This document shows, one piece after another, positions 30,731-41,132 of a stretch of 64,000 nucleotides of DNA (position 1 is the first letter of the stretch; each line of letters opens with the position of its first letter). The notes under the pieces were generated by a model. The model was not told the DNA's origin. It saw nothing but the letters and a program-made list of their open reading frames with translations, and did no database searches. The DNA is from a phage: the sequence record PZ445489.1; one strand, written 5' to 3'. A program made the position numbers and the translations under genes.

Positions 30731-31224
30731 AATTTTATTCTAAGTCTAGGAATTTCAGGCTCCTCTTGATGGGCTTGATAAATAACAGGGCTATTATTTA
30801 CCAGAATATAGCTTATGTAAGCTGGAACATAGGATAATACAAATGGATATGGAACTTTAGCCACATAGCATTGGTATTTTCCATTATAAATTCTAGCTGA
30901 ATGCAAAACTTTAGAGGTGACAACATCATAGAACGTAGTTTTCTTCCAATTAATAAGATTTCCATCAGAATCTATAAATTGGTTACGCTTTGACCCCACT
31001 AATTGAGACAACATTGATATTCTACCCCTAATAGGATAGAGCTTGTATGGTAATTCTTTCCGTTTCTCAAATAGAATAAGCCTACGTTGAGAAAACGTGC
31101 CAGGCAACTTCCTGTTATCTAGCACATATTTATTATATCTTGTTGTAATTACGGAATAATCACCTTCTTGCTCAATTGATACAAATGCCCGTAACGCATA
31201 GACGGGCAATTTGAAATTAAGCAC
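30727..31224 (-). CDS. Hypothetical protein
   Basis: 165 aa ORF between helicase and polymerase genes; no confident motif. Confidence 0.45.
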   Translation of the reverse strand: MLNFKLPVYALRAFVSIEQEGDYSVITTRYNKYVLDNRKLPGTFSQRRLILFEKRKELPYKLYPIRGRISMLSQLVGSKRNQFIDSDGNLINWKKTTFYDVVTSKVLHSARIYNGKYQCYVAKVPYPFVLSYVPAYISYILVNNSPVIYQAHQEEPEIPRLRIKL

Positions 31225-33784
31225 CGAGAATCCTTTTCACGTTATCCAGATCTTTACATACAGCAATAAACTTATCATCCTTGTACTTGCTATGATCTGG
31301 ATGCTCTTTATCCATTGCAGCTAGTTTCTTATACTCGAACTCTGCATCAAGTAATACACCCTTGACATAACGAGTATATTCATCATCATCAATACAAGCG
31401 ATTGATGGATGCTGTTTCTTCATCTTACCACAGGAGTAGTCACGAGAACCTCCAGCCTCAGAATCAGAATCAATACCAATCGGACAGCCAGGGATACTGA
31501 TACCACGGTCTTTCTGAATATTACGAATCAGGATTTCATTGTATTGGTCGATCAAATCCTCACGAACAATAGCAACTACGGAGTCATGAACCAGCATAAC
31601 AACCTTCATCTCTTGTTCTAGGCCAAGAGAAATGATCTCATTATCTGCATCTACCGCACCTAAAAGGAGGCTATCAGAAGAAGCAGACTGAATGATTGCG
31701 TTAAATCCAGAACGGATTTCTTCACCCTGAACACCACGGTCTTCGGAGTGGATATTATGCAGACGACGTTTACGACCAAAGTGACTATAGATAAATCCAT
31801 GATTCTTGATCTGATCGTGGCACTTATCAATCCAACGCTTAAGCTGCGGGAACTGACCGAAGTAAGTTTCAATGTACTCTTTAGCATCTGCAACAGTACA
31901 CTCTACAAACGGTTCGCCTGTCTTAGCAGCCTGTTCCAGAAGAGCTTCGTTAACAGAATGAGCTACTTTAGCTGGGCCAGAACCATACAGAATACCAAAG
32001 GTGATTGCTTTAGCTGCTTGACGCAGAGCTGGGAATAACTTTTTAACATCACGAGGTTCGCATTGGAGCTTAAATACCATGTGTGCGATGTTAGAGTGGA
32101 AGTCAGGGTATTTATCAGGTTCATTTCTCATGTTGATAAATACCTGTTGCATATTTCTATCACCAGATAGAACAGCAGCATAATAAACTTCCGCAGTTGT
32201 TAAGTCCCATGCGATTACACGGTATCCAGGTGGTGCAACCACACAACCCTTGATAATAGATTCATCACGAGGTAACTGTTGCAGGTTCAGTTTACCAGAA
32301 GAACTCAGACGACCAGAAGTAGTCATGTGTTCGTGGAAGCCAGTACGAATGCAACCATCAGCATCAATGCTCAGAAGAATCTTCTCAACGTAAGTAGAGA
32401 TCAGCTTAGTCAGCTTACGAATCTCTAGTAGAGTCTTAGCAATTGGATGCTGCGTAGACAATTCGTTCAGAGCTTCTGCATCTGTAGAGTCTGCTCCAGT
32501 ATCCGTCAATTTACCTGTTGGGGTTAAGCCAACATAATCAAACAGAAGAACACGTAGCTGCTTAACAGAGTTTGGGTTAAACGCTTCGTTCTGATCTTTC
32601 TCTAGCTGAACGACTTCTGGATAAGTATACAGCTTCTCACGAGCTTTATTCAGATTATGAGTTAACTGGTACTGAGCTTCTTTTAAACGATCAATAGAAA
32701 TAGGTACACCACGATCCTCAACACGCTGGAGAAATACACAACCAGGCATTAGAACATCATAATACAGACTGCAAAGTTTTTCATTCTTCTCAATTTTTGG
32801 TAAGAAGAAGTTGTGCAAACGTATGGTAGCATCTGTATCTTTTGCAGCGTAAGGCCACATAATATCAAACGGAATTAAATCATATGTGAAATCTTCTTTC
32901 TTGATTTTATGTGCTTTGCAGTAATCATCCTTGAACTTATCTAGTTCAAAGTCATAGTCGCCCATATCGGTATACTTCATTGCTAGAGATTTCAAGCCAT
33001 GAGTACCACGACGCTCATCTAGAACATAATGCTGCAACATAGTATCATGGAGCCTGCGTTCTTTATGTGCTTTATCAAAAGTAAGTCCCAGATGGTACTT
33101 ATAAAAGTGCATATCAAACTTCAAGTTGTGAAAAACAATAGTGTGGTTTTCACTATCCAGAATTTTCTGGAGATAATATACTGCAACCTCTGTGAGACAA
33201 TCAGAATCGATATATACACCCTGGTACTCTTGGTGAGATATAGAAACACCAAGCAGATAACCATCTCGACAGTATAGTGCTGAGGTTTCAGAGTCAAATG
33301 CGACAGGTCCGATAACCATATTATACACCATCTTGATATATTCTTCCGCCTCGTCAGGGTCAGTAATAGGACGGTAATCACCAGCTTTTGCAATCTTCTC
33401 ACGACCATTGATAATATCGTGGATATTCTCTACTGTTGCATCGAAAACTGGTTTCATTTCAGGCTTAAAGTGTAACTGGGCTGGGCTGATACTCGCAATC
33501 CAGTTAGCATATCCATTATACTCTACACGTTTACCAGTATAATCACCAATGCCTTTCTTACCTGCGAAATACAGGAAAGGTTCAGCACCTACTAGTATAA
33601 CAAAATCATAATCATTCGGATCAAATGGGTTTTCTGGTGTTCCAATAGTAATGTGCTTTTTAAGCAAACGACCAGATAACTTCTCGTTACACATATGGAA
33701 TACATCAACTTCCTCGCCGTATAGCTGGAAATGTTTATCATACCGAGTGTTATTTAGAGCTTTATCAACTACTGCGATTTTCAA
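31217..33784 (-). CDS. DNA polymerase, family A, with 3'-5' exonuclease domain
   Basis: 855 aa; exo motif FDSETS, Pol A motif B KAITFGILYG and motif C VHDS. Confidence 0.9.
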   Translation of the reverse strand: MKIAVVDKALNNTRYDKHFQLYGEEVDVFHMCNEKLSGRLLKKHITIGTPENPFDPNDYDFVILVGAEPFLYFAGKKGIGDYTGKRVEYNGYANWIASISPAQLHFKPEMKPVFDATVENIHDIINGREKIAKAGDYRPITDPDEAEEYIKMVYNMVIGPVAFDSETSALYCRDGYLLGVSISHQEYQGVYIDSDCLTEVAVYYLQKILDSENHTIVFHNLKFDMHFYKYHLGLTFDKAHKERRLHDTMLQHYVLDERRGTHGLKSLAMKYTDMGDYDFELDKFKDDYCKAHKIKKEDFTYDLIPFDIMWPYAAKDTDATIRLHNFFLPKIEKNEKLCSLYYDVLMPGCVFLQRVEDRGVPISIDRLKEAQYQLTHNLNKAREKLYTYPEVVQLEKDQNEAFNPNSVKQLRVLLFDYVGLTPTGKLTDTGADSTDAEALNELSTQHPIAKTLLEIRKLTKLISTYVEKILLSIDADGCIRTGFHEHMTTSGRLSSSGKLNLQQLPRDESIIKGCVVAPPGYRVIAWDLTTAEVYYAAVLSGDRNMQQVFINMRNEPDKYPDFHSNIAHMVFKLQCEPRDVKKLFPALRQAAKAITFGILYGSGPAKVAHSVNEALLEQAAKTGEPFVECTVADAKEYIETYFGQFPQLKRWIDKCHDQIKNHGFIYSHFGRKRRLHNIHSEDRGVQGEEIRSGFNAIIQSASSDSLLLGAVDADNEIISLGLEQEMKVVMLVHDSVVAIVREDLIDQYNEILIRNIQKDRGISIPGCPIGIDSDSEAGGSRDYSCGKMKKQHPSIACIDDDEYTRYVKGVLLDAEFEYKKLAAMDKEHPDHSKYKDDKFIAVCKDLDNVKRILGA

Positions 33785-33877
33785 ATTTAATCTCCTCTTG
33801 GTAAGTAAGTATAACTTCAGTGTTTCTTCTCTAACTTACCAATATATTATATCAAAATATTGGGATAATAGCAAATA

Positions 33878-34207
33878 CTATTTATAAGTATGAAGTAATT
33901 TACGCATTTCATTACGCTGCTTTTCTAGTACCCGAAATTCTTCATCTATACGCAGAAAAGCACCTAACACTTTCATAGATTGCTCAGTATTTTCTACAAC
34001 AGCCCAATCATAAGTTAGATACACCTCTTGACCTGTATCTTTTACTTTAAAGAAAATATAAGATGCAGGTAATTTAGGATCACCAAATAAATGAAAATCC
34101 TTCCGTTTATTAAGGGACTCTAGTACTGTAAACAGCTCTAGTTTAATCTCTTCGTGTGTTATACTATCGTATACTGGAACATCTTCATAAATATATACAT
34201 ATTCCAT
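33878..34207 (-). CDS. Hypothetical protein
   Basis: 109 aa ORF between primase and polymerase. Confidence 0.45.
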   Translation of the reverse strand: MEYVYIYEDVPVYDSITHEEIKLELFTVLESLNKRKDFHLFGDPKLPASYIFFKVKDTGQEVYLTYDWAVVENTEQSMKVLGAFLRIDEEFRVLEKQRNEMRKLLHTYK

Positions 34208-34233
34208 AGTAGCTCCTCAGTTATTTAGGACTA

Positions 34234-35124
34234 TTATACCAAATCTTTAAGCGATTCAGCAACTAAAATTTCAATACGTTTTGCCAACATATCGATCTCT
34301 TCTTTATTTAAATCACCTGGATCTTTGCCTTCAGGCAGGAGGAAGTTAGCAACTACAGGTGTTAAACGCGTTTTTGTACGAATTAGCTTAGCCAATGCTT
34401 GTGCAGCTTTATTACCAGAAGCATCATTATCTAGTAAGATAACAACAACTTTTACCCCAGCAATAATATAAGGACTGAACTTATCTGCAATGTTATCCGA
34501 AGTAAACTGATGTGTACCAAAGCAGCAAGAAGCATAGTCTATACCATTATCCTCTAGGTTCAGCATATCAAAGATACCTTCAACTAGAATAAGAACTGGA
34601 GTATTATATCGTACAGGGAAAATTGGTGGTGAAACTTGTTTTGGTTTTACTAAGTATTTAGGAGGGGCAGAACTGTTTATAGAACGACCCAAAAATAGGA
34701 TATTGCGTCCAACAGCATCTGTGATTGGGAATACAATTCTGCCTTCCCAGTCTGCTTGGTGTTGGAAAGCAAAATATTTCTTCAAGGTCTTAGAACTTAT
34801 ACCTCGGAAATCACCTTCGAAAAGGTAAGCAGATTCAGGAATTGCAAGATTCGTAGATCCATTCCTAATCTCTGAAATCTTTTTACGTACCTGTGATAGT
34901 CTTGGGGACTGCCGGTACTGAGTCTCATTAAAATAATGGTAAATGCTCGGTATACCTTTACCGAAGCCACAACTCAAGCAGTGCATAATACCTGTTTCAG
35001 GATCAATACGCAAACTTGGGTGTTTATCGTCATGATCTGGATTGAGACAACAGATGAGGATGTCCCCACCTGTGTCTTTATATTCAATGCCTTTCAGATC
35101 AAGTAGTTCTGTTATTCTACTCAT
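34234..35124 (-). CDS. DNA primase (zinc-binding + TOPRIM, DnaG-like)
   Basis: 296 aa; N-terminal CLNPDHDDKHPS...CLSCG zinc finger, TOPRIM acidic motifs EGIFD and LLDNDASG. Confidence 0.8.
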   Translation of the reverse strand: MSRITELLDLKGIEYKDTGGDILICCLNPDHDDKHPSLRIDPETGIMHCLSCGFGKGIPSIYHYFNETQYRQSPRLSQVRKKISEIRNGSTNLAIPESAYLFEGDFRGISSKTLKKYFAFQHQADWEGRIVFPITDAVGRNILFLGRSINSSAPPKYLVKPKQVSPPIFPVRYNTPVLILVEGIFDMLNLEDNGIDYASCCFGTHQFTSDNIADKFSPYIIAGVKVVVILLDNDASGNKAAQALAKLIRTKTRLTPVVANFLLPEGKDPGDLNKEEIDMLAKRIEILVAESLKDLV

Positions 35125-36644
35125 ATATCGCTGGCCTGTTCACCTGTTGAATTTTCAGTTTTATCTTTCTTAGCACGTTTAGGTTGAGCCGACTTATCCT
35201 TCTCAATAGGGATAACGAACTCAGCTTCCATTTGAGATATGTCTTCCATTGCTAGGTTAGTTGTATTATCCATTCGCAGAGTTTCCCAGTTCATCTTAGG
35301 CATAAACTTCACGCTATCAGAAGAACGAGTCTTAACGAAGTCAAACATAATAGCACCTTGACCATTATCAGCTTTTGCAGCATTAAGATTAGCAGCCATG
35401 TCTGCGGAGTCAAGAATCCCCTTTGACATACGTGTTCTACCATCTTGATCGATCTGGTAAGGAGCTACACCAGCCACGTTATGTTTCTGGCAGATAGATT
35501 TGAAAGATGAGCTAACAACCATCTGTTCTTTCCAGTCATACATATCAATGGTTTTAGAGTCTGGAAGTCGGGTTTGGTTAATATAGTCCAGTAAAGCTAC
35601 TGTAACTTTATCACCATATCTAGCAACTAATTTATTTAATTCTACGTCAACTGTTGTAATGGACAGTTCGGGGTCATAAACAATAATCATAGGAGTATGT
35701 AGTTCATATCCCTCTATTAGCTTACTCTCCATATCGTAGAAATCACTCATCTTAGCCATTGTGTACTGTTTAACGAAGCTATCGAAAAGCTCTTCACCAC
35801 CATTAAACATTCTAGCTCTAGTTCTGGCTAATCTCAACAGAGCTGCACCTTCTAGAGTATTATTACGCATTGCTAATGCTGATACACCAGCTAACATGGC
35901 TAGATTACGTCTAAATACTTCATGTTCTTTCATCTCAATTGAGAAGTATGGAGCAATATCCCCATTCAAATATTGCTGAACCTGTATGTTTGAACAGATA
36001 ATGGATTTACCAGTACCACGCCAACCACCAAGCAGTAACGTTTCTGTGCGAGCTAAACCAATTTGAGCGTCGAACTCATTACAAATACCAAGAGCGATTA
36101 AGTTCAGTTTGGTATCTTCTTCTCTCTGGAAAATACGCATGTTATCTGCGTTGAATACTTTTCCAGTATTCGTTACTTTCTCTTCTAATTTTAAGTGAAG
36201 GGAGGCAACTCGGTTGAGAATTTCTCCCTGATCCAGCATTGTTAAATCTTGAAGCACGTCTGTTTCTAGAAGCTTCAGGAATAAATCCTGTGTATATTCG
36301 GCCTCTAGGACTTCAAGTGCCTGTTCCATGCTCACTTCTGGAATTTGAGTGTTAGCTAAGACGACTAGAGCTTGAGAAAGGCGGGCGTTCCTATTAGCTT
36401 CAAGCATAAGTGCGTCAATGGACGGCATTGTGTTATATTTTTTATAATAATTCTGGACGGCTTGGTAAATTGAGGAGAAAGCGTCATTAAAATGATCTTT
36501 ATGCAGTTTTGAGAATGTTTCCAATGCTATTTGCTTCTGTTCGGAAGCTAGAAGCATCTTCAACACTACAGCTTGCACGTTAAACAAGGTCATTCTCCTT
36601 TGCACGCTTTCGTGCCTTCTAAATGCAAAAAGGGGAAGGAGCAT
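35121..36644 (-). CDS. Replicative DNA helicase (DnaB/RecA-fold ATPase)
   Basis: 507 aa; Walker A GGWRGTGKS; overlaps primase start; exact start uncertain (alternative Met 51 nt downstream). Confidence 0.75.
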   Translation of the reverse strand: MLLPLFAFRRHESVQRRMTLFNVQAVVLKMLLASEQKQIALETFSKLHKDHFNDAFSSIYQAVQNYYKKYNTMPSIDALMLEANRNARLSQALVVLANTQIPEVSMEQALEVLEAEYTQDLFLKLLETDVLQDLTMLDQGEILNRVASLHLKLEEKVTNTGKVFNADNMRIFQREEDTKLNLIALGICNEFDAQIGLARTETLLLGGWRGTGKSIICSNIQVQQYLNGDIAPYFSIEMKEHEVFRRNLAMLAGVSALAMRNNTLEGAALLRLARTRARMFNGGEELFDSFVKQYTMAKMSDFYDMESKLIEGYELHTPMIIVYDPELSITTVDVELNKLVARYGDKVTVALLDYINQTRLPDSKTIDMYDWKEQMVVSSSFKSICQKHNVAGVAPYQIDQDGRTRMSKGILDSADMAANLNAAKADNGQGAIMFDFVKTRSSDSVKFMPKMNWETLRMDNTTNLAMEDISQMEAEFVIPIEKDKSAQPKRAKKDKTENSTGEQASDI

Positions 36645-36658
36645 AGCCCCCTCCCCTT
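36626..36658 (-). terminator. Terminator-like hairpin after D5-like gene
   Basis: AAGGGGA-loop-TCCCCTT hairpin followed by TTTT on - strand; overlaps the possible helicase start region. Confidence 0.5.
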
Positions 36659-36675
36659 AGGTTTAATTTACCAGA

Positions 36676-37443
36676 TTATTCAGCAGCCGCAGCTTTTGCA
36701 TCCAGTTTAGCACGCTTAGCGGCACCATCATAGTCCTTAGCAACCAGACCACGACGAGACAGCATAGATTTAACACCACGCTCAGACTTACCAGTTTTCT
36801 CAGCGATCTCAGCAACAGTCATGTTAACCAGATCCAGACCTTCTAGCAGATCTTCACGAGTTTTAGCACTTGAAGTTTCCTGTACCGGCATAGCAGCGAT
36901 ACGACCTTCACGAAGCAGGCTCAGAGCTTTACCACGGATCTGCTTGATATTACGACCGAAGTGAGCAGCGATAGCTTCAATAGTAGCACCAGCAACAACC
37001 TGATTAACAAAATCAGTTTCTTCATCCGGAGTGAAGGAACGAACAGCAGCAGCTTTTTCAGTTGGCTTAACAGAAGCGGTCATTTCTAGACTCAGGATCT
37101 TACCCTGTACCTGTTTAGCACCGAACTGACCACCAGCTACAGCAGCAGCGATTTCAGCATAGGTATACTGACCAGCATGAGCGTTCAGGAAATCAACCAG
37201 TTCAGCTTCCTGCTCAGGAGTCCACGGAGATTTCTGCACTTCGTTAGCTTTTTGTACTTCAAAACCTTCTTTACGCAGTTTAGAGCCAACAGAGCGAGCA
37301 GTAACATCTTTGCCAGTTTCAGCAGCCAGTTCAGCAGCGATAGCCGCTACTTGTTCTTGAGAGATTACAGCAACACCCAGAGCAGTGGCTTTTGCTTTCA
37401 GAGACTCGGTTACACCTTCTACGTTCCAGTTCAGTTTAGACAT
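36676..37443 (-). CDS. DNA-binding protein with four internal helix-turn-helix-like repeats (D5-like)
   Basis: 255 aa; four repeats of ~30 aa (e.g. TVAEIAEKTGKSERGVKSMLSRRGL); host-optimal codon usage. Confidence 0.65.
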   Translation of the reverse strand: MSKLNWNVEGVTESLKAKATALGVAVISQEQVAAIAAELAAETGKDVTARSVGSKLRKEGFEVQKANEVQKSPWTPEQEAELVDFLNAHAGQYTYAEIAAAVAGGQFGAKQVQGKILSLEMTASVKPTEKAAAVRSFTPDEETDFVNQVVAGATIEAIAAHFGRNIKQIRGKALSLLREGRIAAMPVQETSSAKTREDLLEGLDLVNMTVAEIAEKTGKSERGVKSMLSRRGLVAKDYDGAAKRAKLDAKAAAAE

Positions 37444-38209
37444 TATTATTTTTCTCCAATAGTTCTTTAATCGACAGGATTTCTATCCCATTCGTTTCGG
37501 CTTTCTTATAAGATGAGGAAGAACGCTTCGATTCATCCTCACAGATTAGGTATTTGACGTCTTTGGTAACGGATTTCTTAACCGTATATCCTAGACCTTC
37601 TAAATAGTTTGTTGCATCCGTTCTATTTGCAAAATCTTGCAAAGATCCGGTAATACATACCGCGATTCCATTTGGCTGGGCAACTAATTCATCTGCAATG
37701 ACGGTTTTAGCTTTAGCACCAGTTGAGAATTTCCACGGTAGTTCGATAACATCCTTGCCTTGTGGGGAACTTAGCCAGGCTTTGTAGTTTTCTCCAGCCT
37801 TGCCGTCAGCCTTCACATCGTGGAAGCTAGTGCAATTTTGGGATAATTTCTTTGCTGCAACCTCTCCGATTAGGGGGATTCCTAAAGAACCGAGAACTGA
37901 ACCAAAGTCAATGTCTCCGCGAACTTTAGTGTTTAATTCGCTAATTAATTTAGCGGCAACCTTGCTACCCACTGCTCTAACCAAATCTTCTTCGGTTAGG
38001 TAAAATAGTTCTGAAATCTTCGTCAGCTCCAGCTTCTCAATAGTTTTTGGGCCAAAGCCCTTTAACTTCATTTTTGTACAAAAGTTCTCAATTAGCTTAC
38101 TTGATTGCGCTGGACAGTTGGACTTATTCCTACAGAATAATTGCCCGTTGACAAGATCTAGCTTAGAACCACAAGAGGGACATTGTGTTGGAATTTCGAT
38201 TTTCATCAA
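37436..38209 (-). CDS. NAD-dependent DNA ligase, C-terminal part (zinc finger, HhH, BRCT-like)
   Basis: 257 aa; CPSCGSKLDL...CRNKSNC zinc-finger; glycine-rich HhH segments. Confidence 0.8.
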   Translation of the reverse strand: MMKIEIPTQCPSCGSKLDLVNGQLFCRNKSNCPAQSSKLIENFCTKMKLKGFGPKTIEKLELTKISELFYLTEEDLVRAVGSKVAAKLISELNTKVRGDIDFGSVLGSLGIPLIGEVAAKKLSQNCTSFHDVKADGKAGENYKAWLSSPQGKDVIELPWKFSTGAKAKTVIADELVAQPNGIAVCITGSLQDFANRTDATNYLEGLGYTVKKSVTKDVKYLICEDESKRSSSSYKKAETNGIEILSIKELLEKNNNV

Positions 38210-38236
38210 ATTTCTTCCTTATCAATTTATATAAAT

Positions 38237-38265
38237 ATTATAGCAAGTATTTAAGCATTTAGCAA
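38237..38265 (-). promoter_or_regulatory. Early promoter located between the two ligase ORFs
   Basis: TTGCTA-17 nt-TATAAT with conserved downstream ATTTATATAAATTGAT box. Confidence 0.6.
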
Positions 38266-38408
38266 CTACAATTTTAACTAACTTTGCTTACCCTCGCCAT
38301 AACTTTCTATCCCTCAACTGAATGATAATAGTATATACCTAAGCGGCGAAAATGTCAATAACCACTTTATAATTCCGATATGGTAGATGGGTAGCAAAGG
38401 GTTATGTA

Positions 38409-39383
38409 TTAATCGTATACTCGCTCTACTATGCACGGGATTACACCACCAGCACGAATTACTCGAATCTGGCAACCGATCTCTAGATCGAGAGAGTTAA
38501 TATAATCAACGTTATTAAGAGTCGCTTTAACAATTGTAGCGTCATCAATAATTACCGGTTCGAAATAACCAACAGGAGTTACTTTACCAGAAGCCCCTAC
38601 CTGCCATTCAACTTTAGTAAGAGTTGTAATCTCGCCTTCTTCATCCTCTTTAATAGCGAATGCCCCACGAGGGAATTTATTAGTCCAGCCTTCTCGGAAG
38701 AATTTGTTGTTGTCATTAATACGAACAACTTTACCGTCCGTCGGAATCCATTTAAAGAAGGAACGCACATTAACAACTGTTAAGAAATCTTCATTCTCTA
38801 GCCAGAGCATATCTTTTAAATATGCTTCTGTAATACCTACAGACTCAGCAGAACATTGGATACCATAAGCAACGAAGATTAAACCACCTTCCCCGATACG
38901 TTGTACGAAATCATCACTATCTTTGAGGTTAATAGCACCAGAGGCAAAGTTACGTTTATTTTCTACTTCTTTTGTAATTAGAACTTCACCAGTGATTTGA
39001 GTAGGTACTTTTTGGGAAATCTTTTTAGGGATGTTCAGCAATCTTACGTTGCTTGTGACATCATTCCCTAGAATACCATTACCACGAGTTAGTGCTTGAA
39101 CAAATTCTCCATTAATATATAACAGAGAAATTGCACAACCATCTAACTTATCAGTTTCTACTTGACCTAATGGGTTAAATGGGGGTTTATCTCCACGATT
39201 ATAATAAACTTTCTGTAAAGAATACATACGATACAGATGTGGAATATCACCCTTAGGCCCGATCTCTTCTTCTAGTGGGAAGCGTTTTACCAGGCAATCA
39301 TACTCCTCATCAGAGATTAAAGACATACCTTGATAATATGCTTCTTGACAGCGTTTAATAAATTCTTTTACATTATTCATCAT
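38409..39383 (-). CDS. NAD-dependent DNA ligase, N-terminal adenylation/OB-fold part
   Basis: 324 aa; adenylation motif KLDG, NAD-ligase-like N-terminus (EEYDCLVKRF). Confidence 0.8.
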   Translation of the reverse strand: MMNNVKEFIKRCQEAYYQGMSLISDEEYDCLVKRFPLEEEIGPKGDIPHLYRMYSLQKVYYNRGDKPPFNPLGQVETDKLDGCAISLLYINGEFVQALTRGNGILGNDVTSNVRLLNIPKKISQKVPTQITGEVLITKEVENKRNFASGAINLKDSDDFVQRIGEGGLIFVAYGIQCSAESVGITEAYLKDMLWLENEDFLTVVNVRSFFKWIPTDGKVVRINDNNKFFREGWTNKFPRGAFAIKEDEEGEITTLTKVEWQVGASGKVTPVGYFEPVIIDDATIVKATLNNVDYINSLDLEIGCQIRVIRAGGVIPCIVERVYD

Positions 39384-39567
39384 CGGCGATTTCCATCTTG
39401 AGTTCTTTATTATATTGTGTAACCATATCCATCAAATCAGCAGATTCTTTCAGAAACGCATCTTTGTACACCTTTTGATTTACTGTGCCTATGCTATCTT
39501 GATAATTAATGCGTGCTGTGGAAAGTAGATTAAGTTTTGCTTGAATCTTGGGAAGTGTTACTTTCAT
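39373..39567 (-). CDS. Hypothetical small protein
   Basis: Start moved to ATG with GAGAGGA RBS; track start 39582 lies inside the conserved promoter downstream box. Confidence 0.4.
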   Translation of the reverse strand: MKVTLPKIQAKLNLLSTARINYQDSIGTVNQKVYKDAFLKESADLMDMVTQYNKELKMEIADDE

Positions 39568-39596
39568 AATTGATCCTCTCATTAATTTATATAAAT

Positions 39597-39625
39597 ATTA
39601 TATAACAAAACTGAGTTGAAAGCAA
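39597..39625 (-). promoter_or_regulatory. Early sigma70-type promoter
   Basis: TTGCTT-17 nt-TATAAT with conserved downstream box. Confidence 0.6.
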
Positions 39626-39652
39626 ATACATTTATAAAGAAAAAGCCAAGAA

Positions 39653-39961
39653 CTAGGCATTCTTGGCTTTGAGTTCTTCAGCTCGTTTCTGTACTTCATG
39701 TAAAACCTCAGATTCGCTAAGAATCTGTGTAAACGCATAGAAAAGCTGTGATGTTGTTTCCAGGGTGTAAGGAAAAGAGAAGCCAGATTTCGTTGGAAAC
39801 CATTCATCATTAATATCAAGAAGCCAGTAACGAATACCCATGTATAGATTCCCACGAAATTCAGATACTGTTAATCTTACTTGTTCCCCCTCCTTCTCCC
39901 AAAGTATGATGGACTGGTCATCAACGTGTCCTTCATAGTTTTGATTTACCTGTTCGCTCAT
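39653..39961 (-). CDS. PC4/YdbC-like ssDNA-binding protein
   Basis: 102 aa; RLTVSEFRGNLYMGIRYW segment resembling the PC4-family fold. Confidence 0.55.
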   Translation of the reverse strand: MSEQVNQNYEGHVDDQSIILWEKEGEQVRLTVSEFRGNLYMGIRYWLLDINDEWFPTKSGFSFPYTLETTSQLFYAFTQILSESEVLHEVQKRAEELKAKNA

Positions 39962-39977
39962 TTACATATCCCAAATA

Positions 39978-40001
39978 CACAAAAAGCCCCATATAGGGGC
40001 T
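39978..40001 (-). terminator. Rho-independent terminator
   Basis: AGCCCC-ATAT-AGGGGCT hairpin followed by TTTTT on - strand. Confidence 0.7.
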
Positions 40002-40011
40002 AATTGGTTTC

Positions 40012-40308
40012 TTATCGGCCTACTGGAGAAGCACGATCTAACTCTGATTGGAGGCTAGTCACACGACGGACTTTCTCGACAGGAATAAAACGGAAACTAT
40101 CATTAGTACGAGAGAAGACAAGAATTTCATCATCTTTCGCTTTACGAATACGTTCACGTTTAATACGCTCAGCCAGATATTTATCTTGGGCTGGATCAAA
40201 TTCCATCGTACCCTGAAGGTACGTGGTTCCTTTCTGACGAAGTTTCTCGTAATGAAGATAAAACTCACCAAATTTTTCGCACTGTGCAATAATTTCAGCT
40301 TTAGTCAT
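40012..40308 (-). CDS. Hypothetical protein
   Basis: 98 aa ORF with terminator downstream. Confidence 0.5.
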   Translation of the reverse strand: MTKAEIIAQCEKFGEFYLHYEKLRQKGTTYLQGTMEFDPAQDKYLAERIKRERIRKAKDDEILVFSRTNDSFRFIPVEKVRRVTSLQSELDRASPVGR

Positions 40309-40345
40309 AGCTATAGTTCCTTTTGTTGGTGGATTTATCTAAAAA

Positions 40346-40756
40346 TTACTTAGTGATAGCTCGGATTGCTTCTGCCAGATGAGCGGCCGCTTTACCAGTC
40401 AGTTTGTCGATAATTGCATCATCCAGAAAATCTGGTGCTAAGCCAGCATCAGAGAATGCTGCGCGAAGGTCGGCATGGGCTTGAGCTTTGGAGGTACGAG
40501 AACCACCGGAAGCTTTTTCTCCAGTAGATGCGCTAGATTTAGAAGTAGAACCAGCAGCTTTCTTAATATACAAACCTGCTTTAGTCAGCTTCATACGAAA
40601 ACCGTTCGGAGTTACACCATTTTCCTGGGCAATTTCGCTAACAATTTCCATGCTAACACCCGGACGTTCATCCTCTGGGAATTGCTCCATACGAGCAACG
40701 TATTCGGAAGACATTTTTTCGAACAGTTCATCAGTCCACTGAGTTGGAGTAGTCAT
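40346..40756 (-). CDS. Hypothetical protein with motif related to the D5-like repeats
   Basis: 136 aa; EIVSEIAQENGVTPNGFRMKLTKAGL resembles the repeat unit of 36676..37443; own promoter upstream. Confidence 0.5.
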   Translation of the reverse strand: MTTPTQWTDELFEKMSSEYVARMEQFPEDERPGVSMEIVSEIAQENGVTPNGFRMKLTKAGLYIKKAAGSTSKSSASTGEKASGGSRTSKAQAHADLRAAFSDAGLAPDFLDDAIIDKLTGKAAAHLAEAIRAITK

Positions 40757-40813
40757 ATTTTATATTTCCTTAATTAAGAATTAAACAGAATAGTTCTTTC
40801 AAACTATGAGAAT

Positions 40814-40842
40814 ATTATATCAAGAATTGTAGGATTAAGCAA
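40814..40842 (-). promoter_or_regulatory. Early sigma70-type promoter
   Basis: TTGCTT-17 nt-TATAAT. Confidence 0.55.
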
Positions 40843-40862
40843 CTGAAATTTTTCGGTAATTG

Positions 40863-41132
40863 CTACACATCTAGCTCAACAATCTCCCAATCATCTGCTA
40901 GAATTTCTTCTAAAGTTAACTCTACATCTTGCTTATGTGATCGTTTAAAATTTTCAAAAATACCTGTGGGCAATGGTGCAAAACTTTTGATAGTATCATT
41001 GTCAACATTAAACTCAAAAAGAAGCATAAAGTTTTTATCGTTTTTCCAGCAATCTCGCTGAAGATATTTTATGTCTCCAGCTTTAAGCAAATCTGTTAGC
41101 TTACTCACGACGTTTTCCTTTTTCTTTATCAA
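40863..41132 (-). CDS. Hypothetical protein
   Basis: 89 aa ORF overlapping end of upstream gene. Confidence 0.4.
   Translation of the reverse strand: MIKKKENVVSKLTDLLKAGDIKYLQRDCWKNDKNFMLLFEFNVDNDTIKSFAPLPTGIFENFKRSHKQDVELTLEEILADDWEIVELDV

Noticed and set aside
39598-39855. 85-aa ORF overlapping the PC4-like gene in another frame
   Set aside because: It overlaps a motif-supported gene on the same strand and starts inside the promoter region. Likely a frame artefact.
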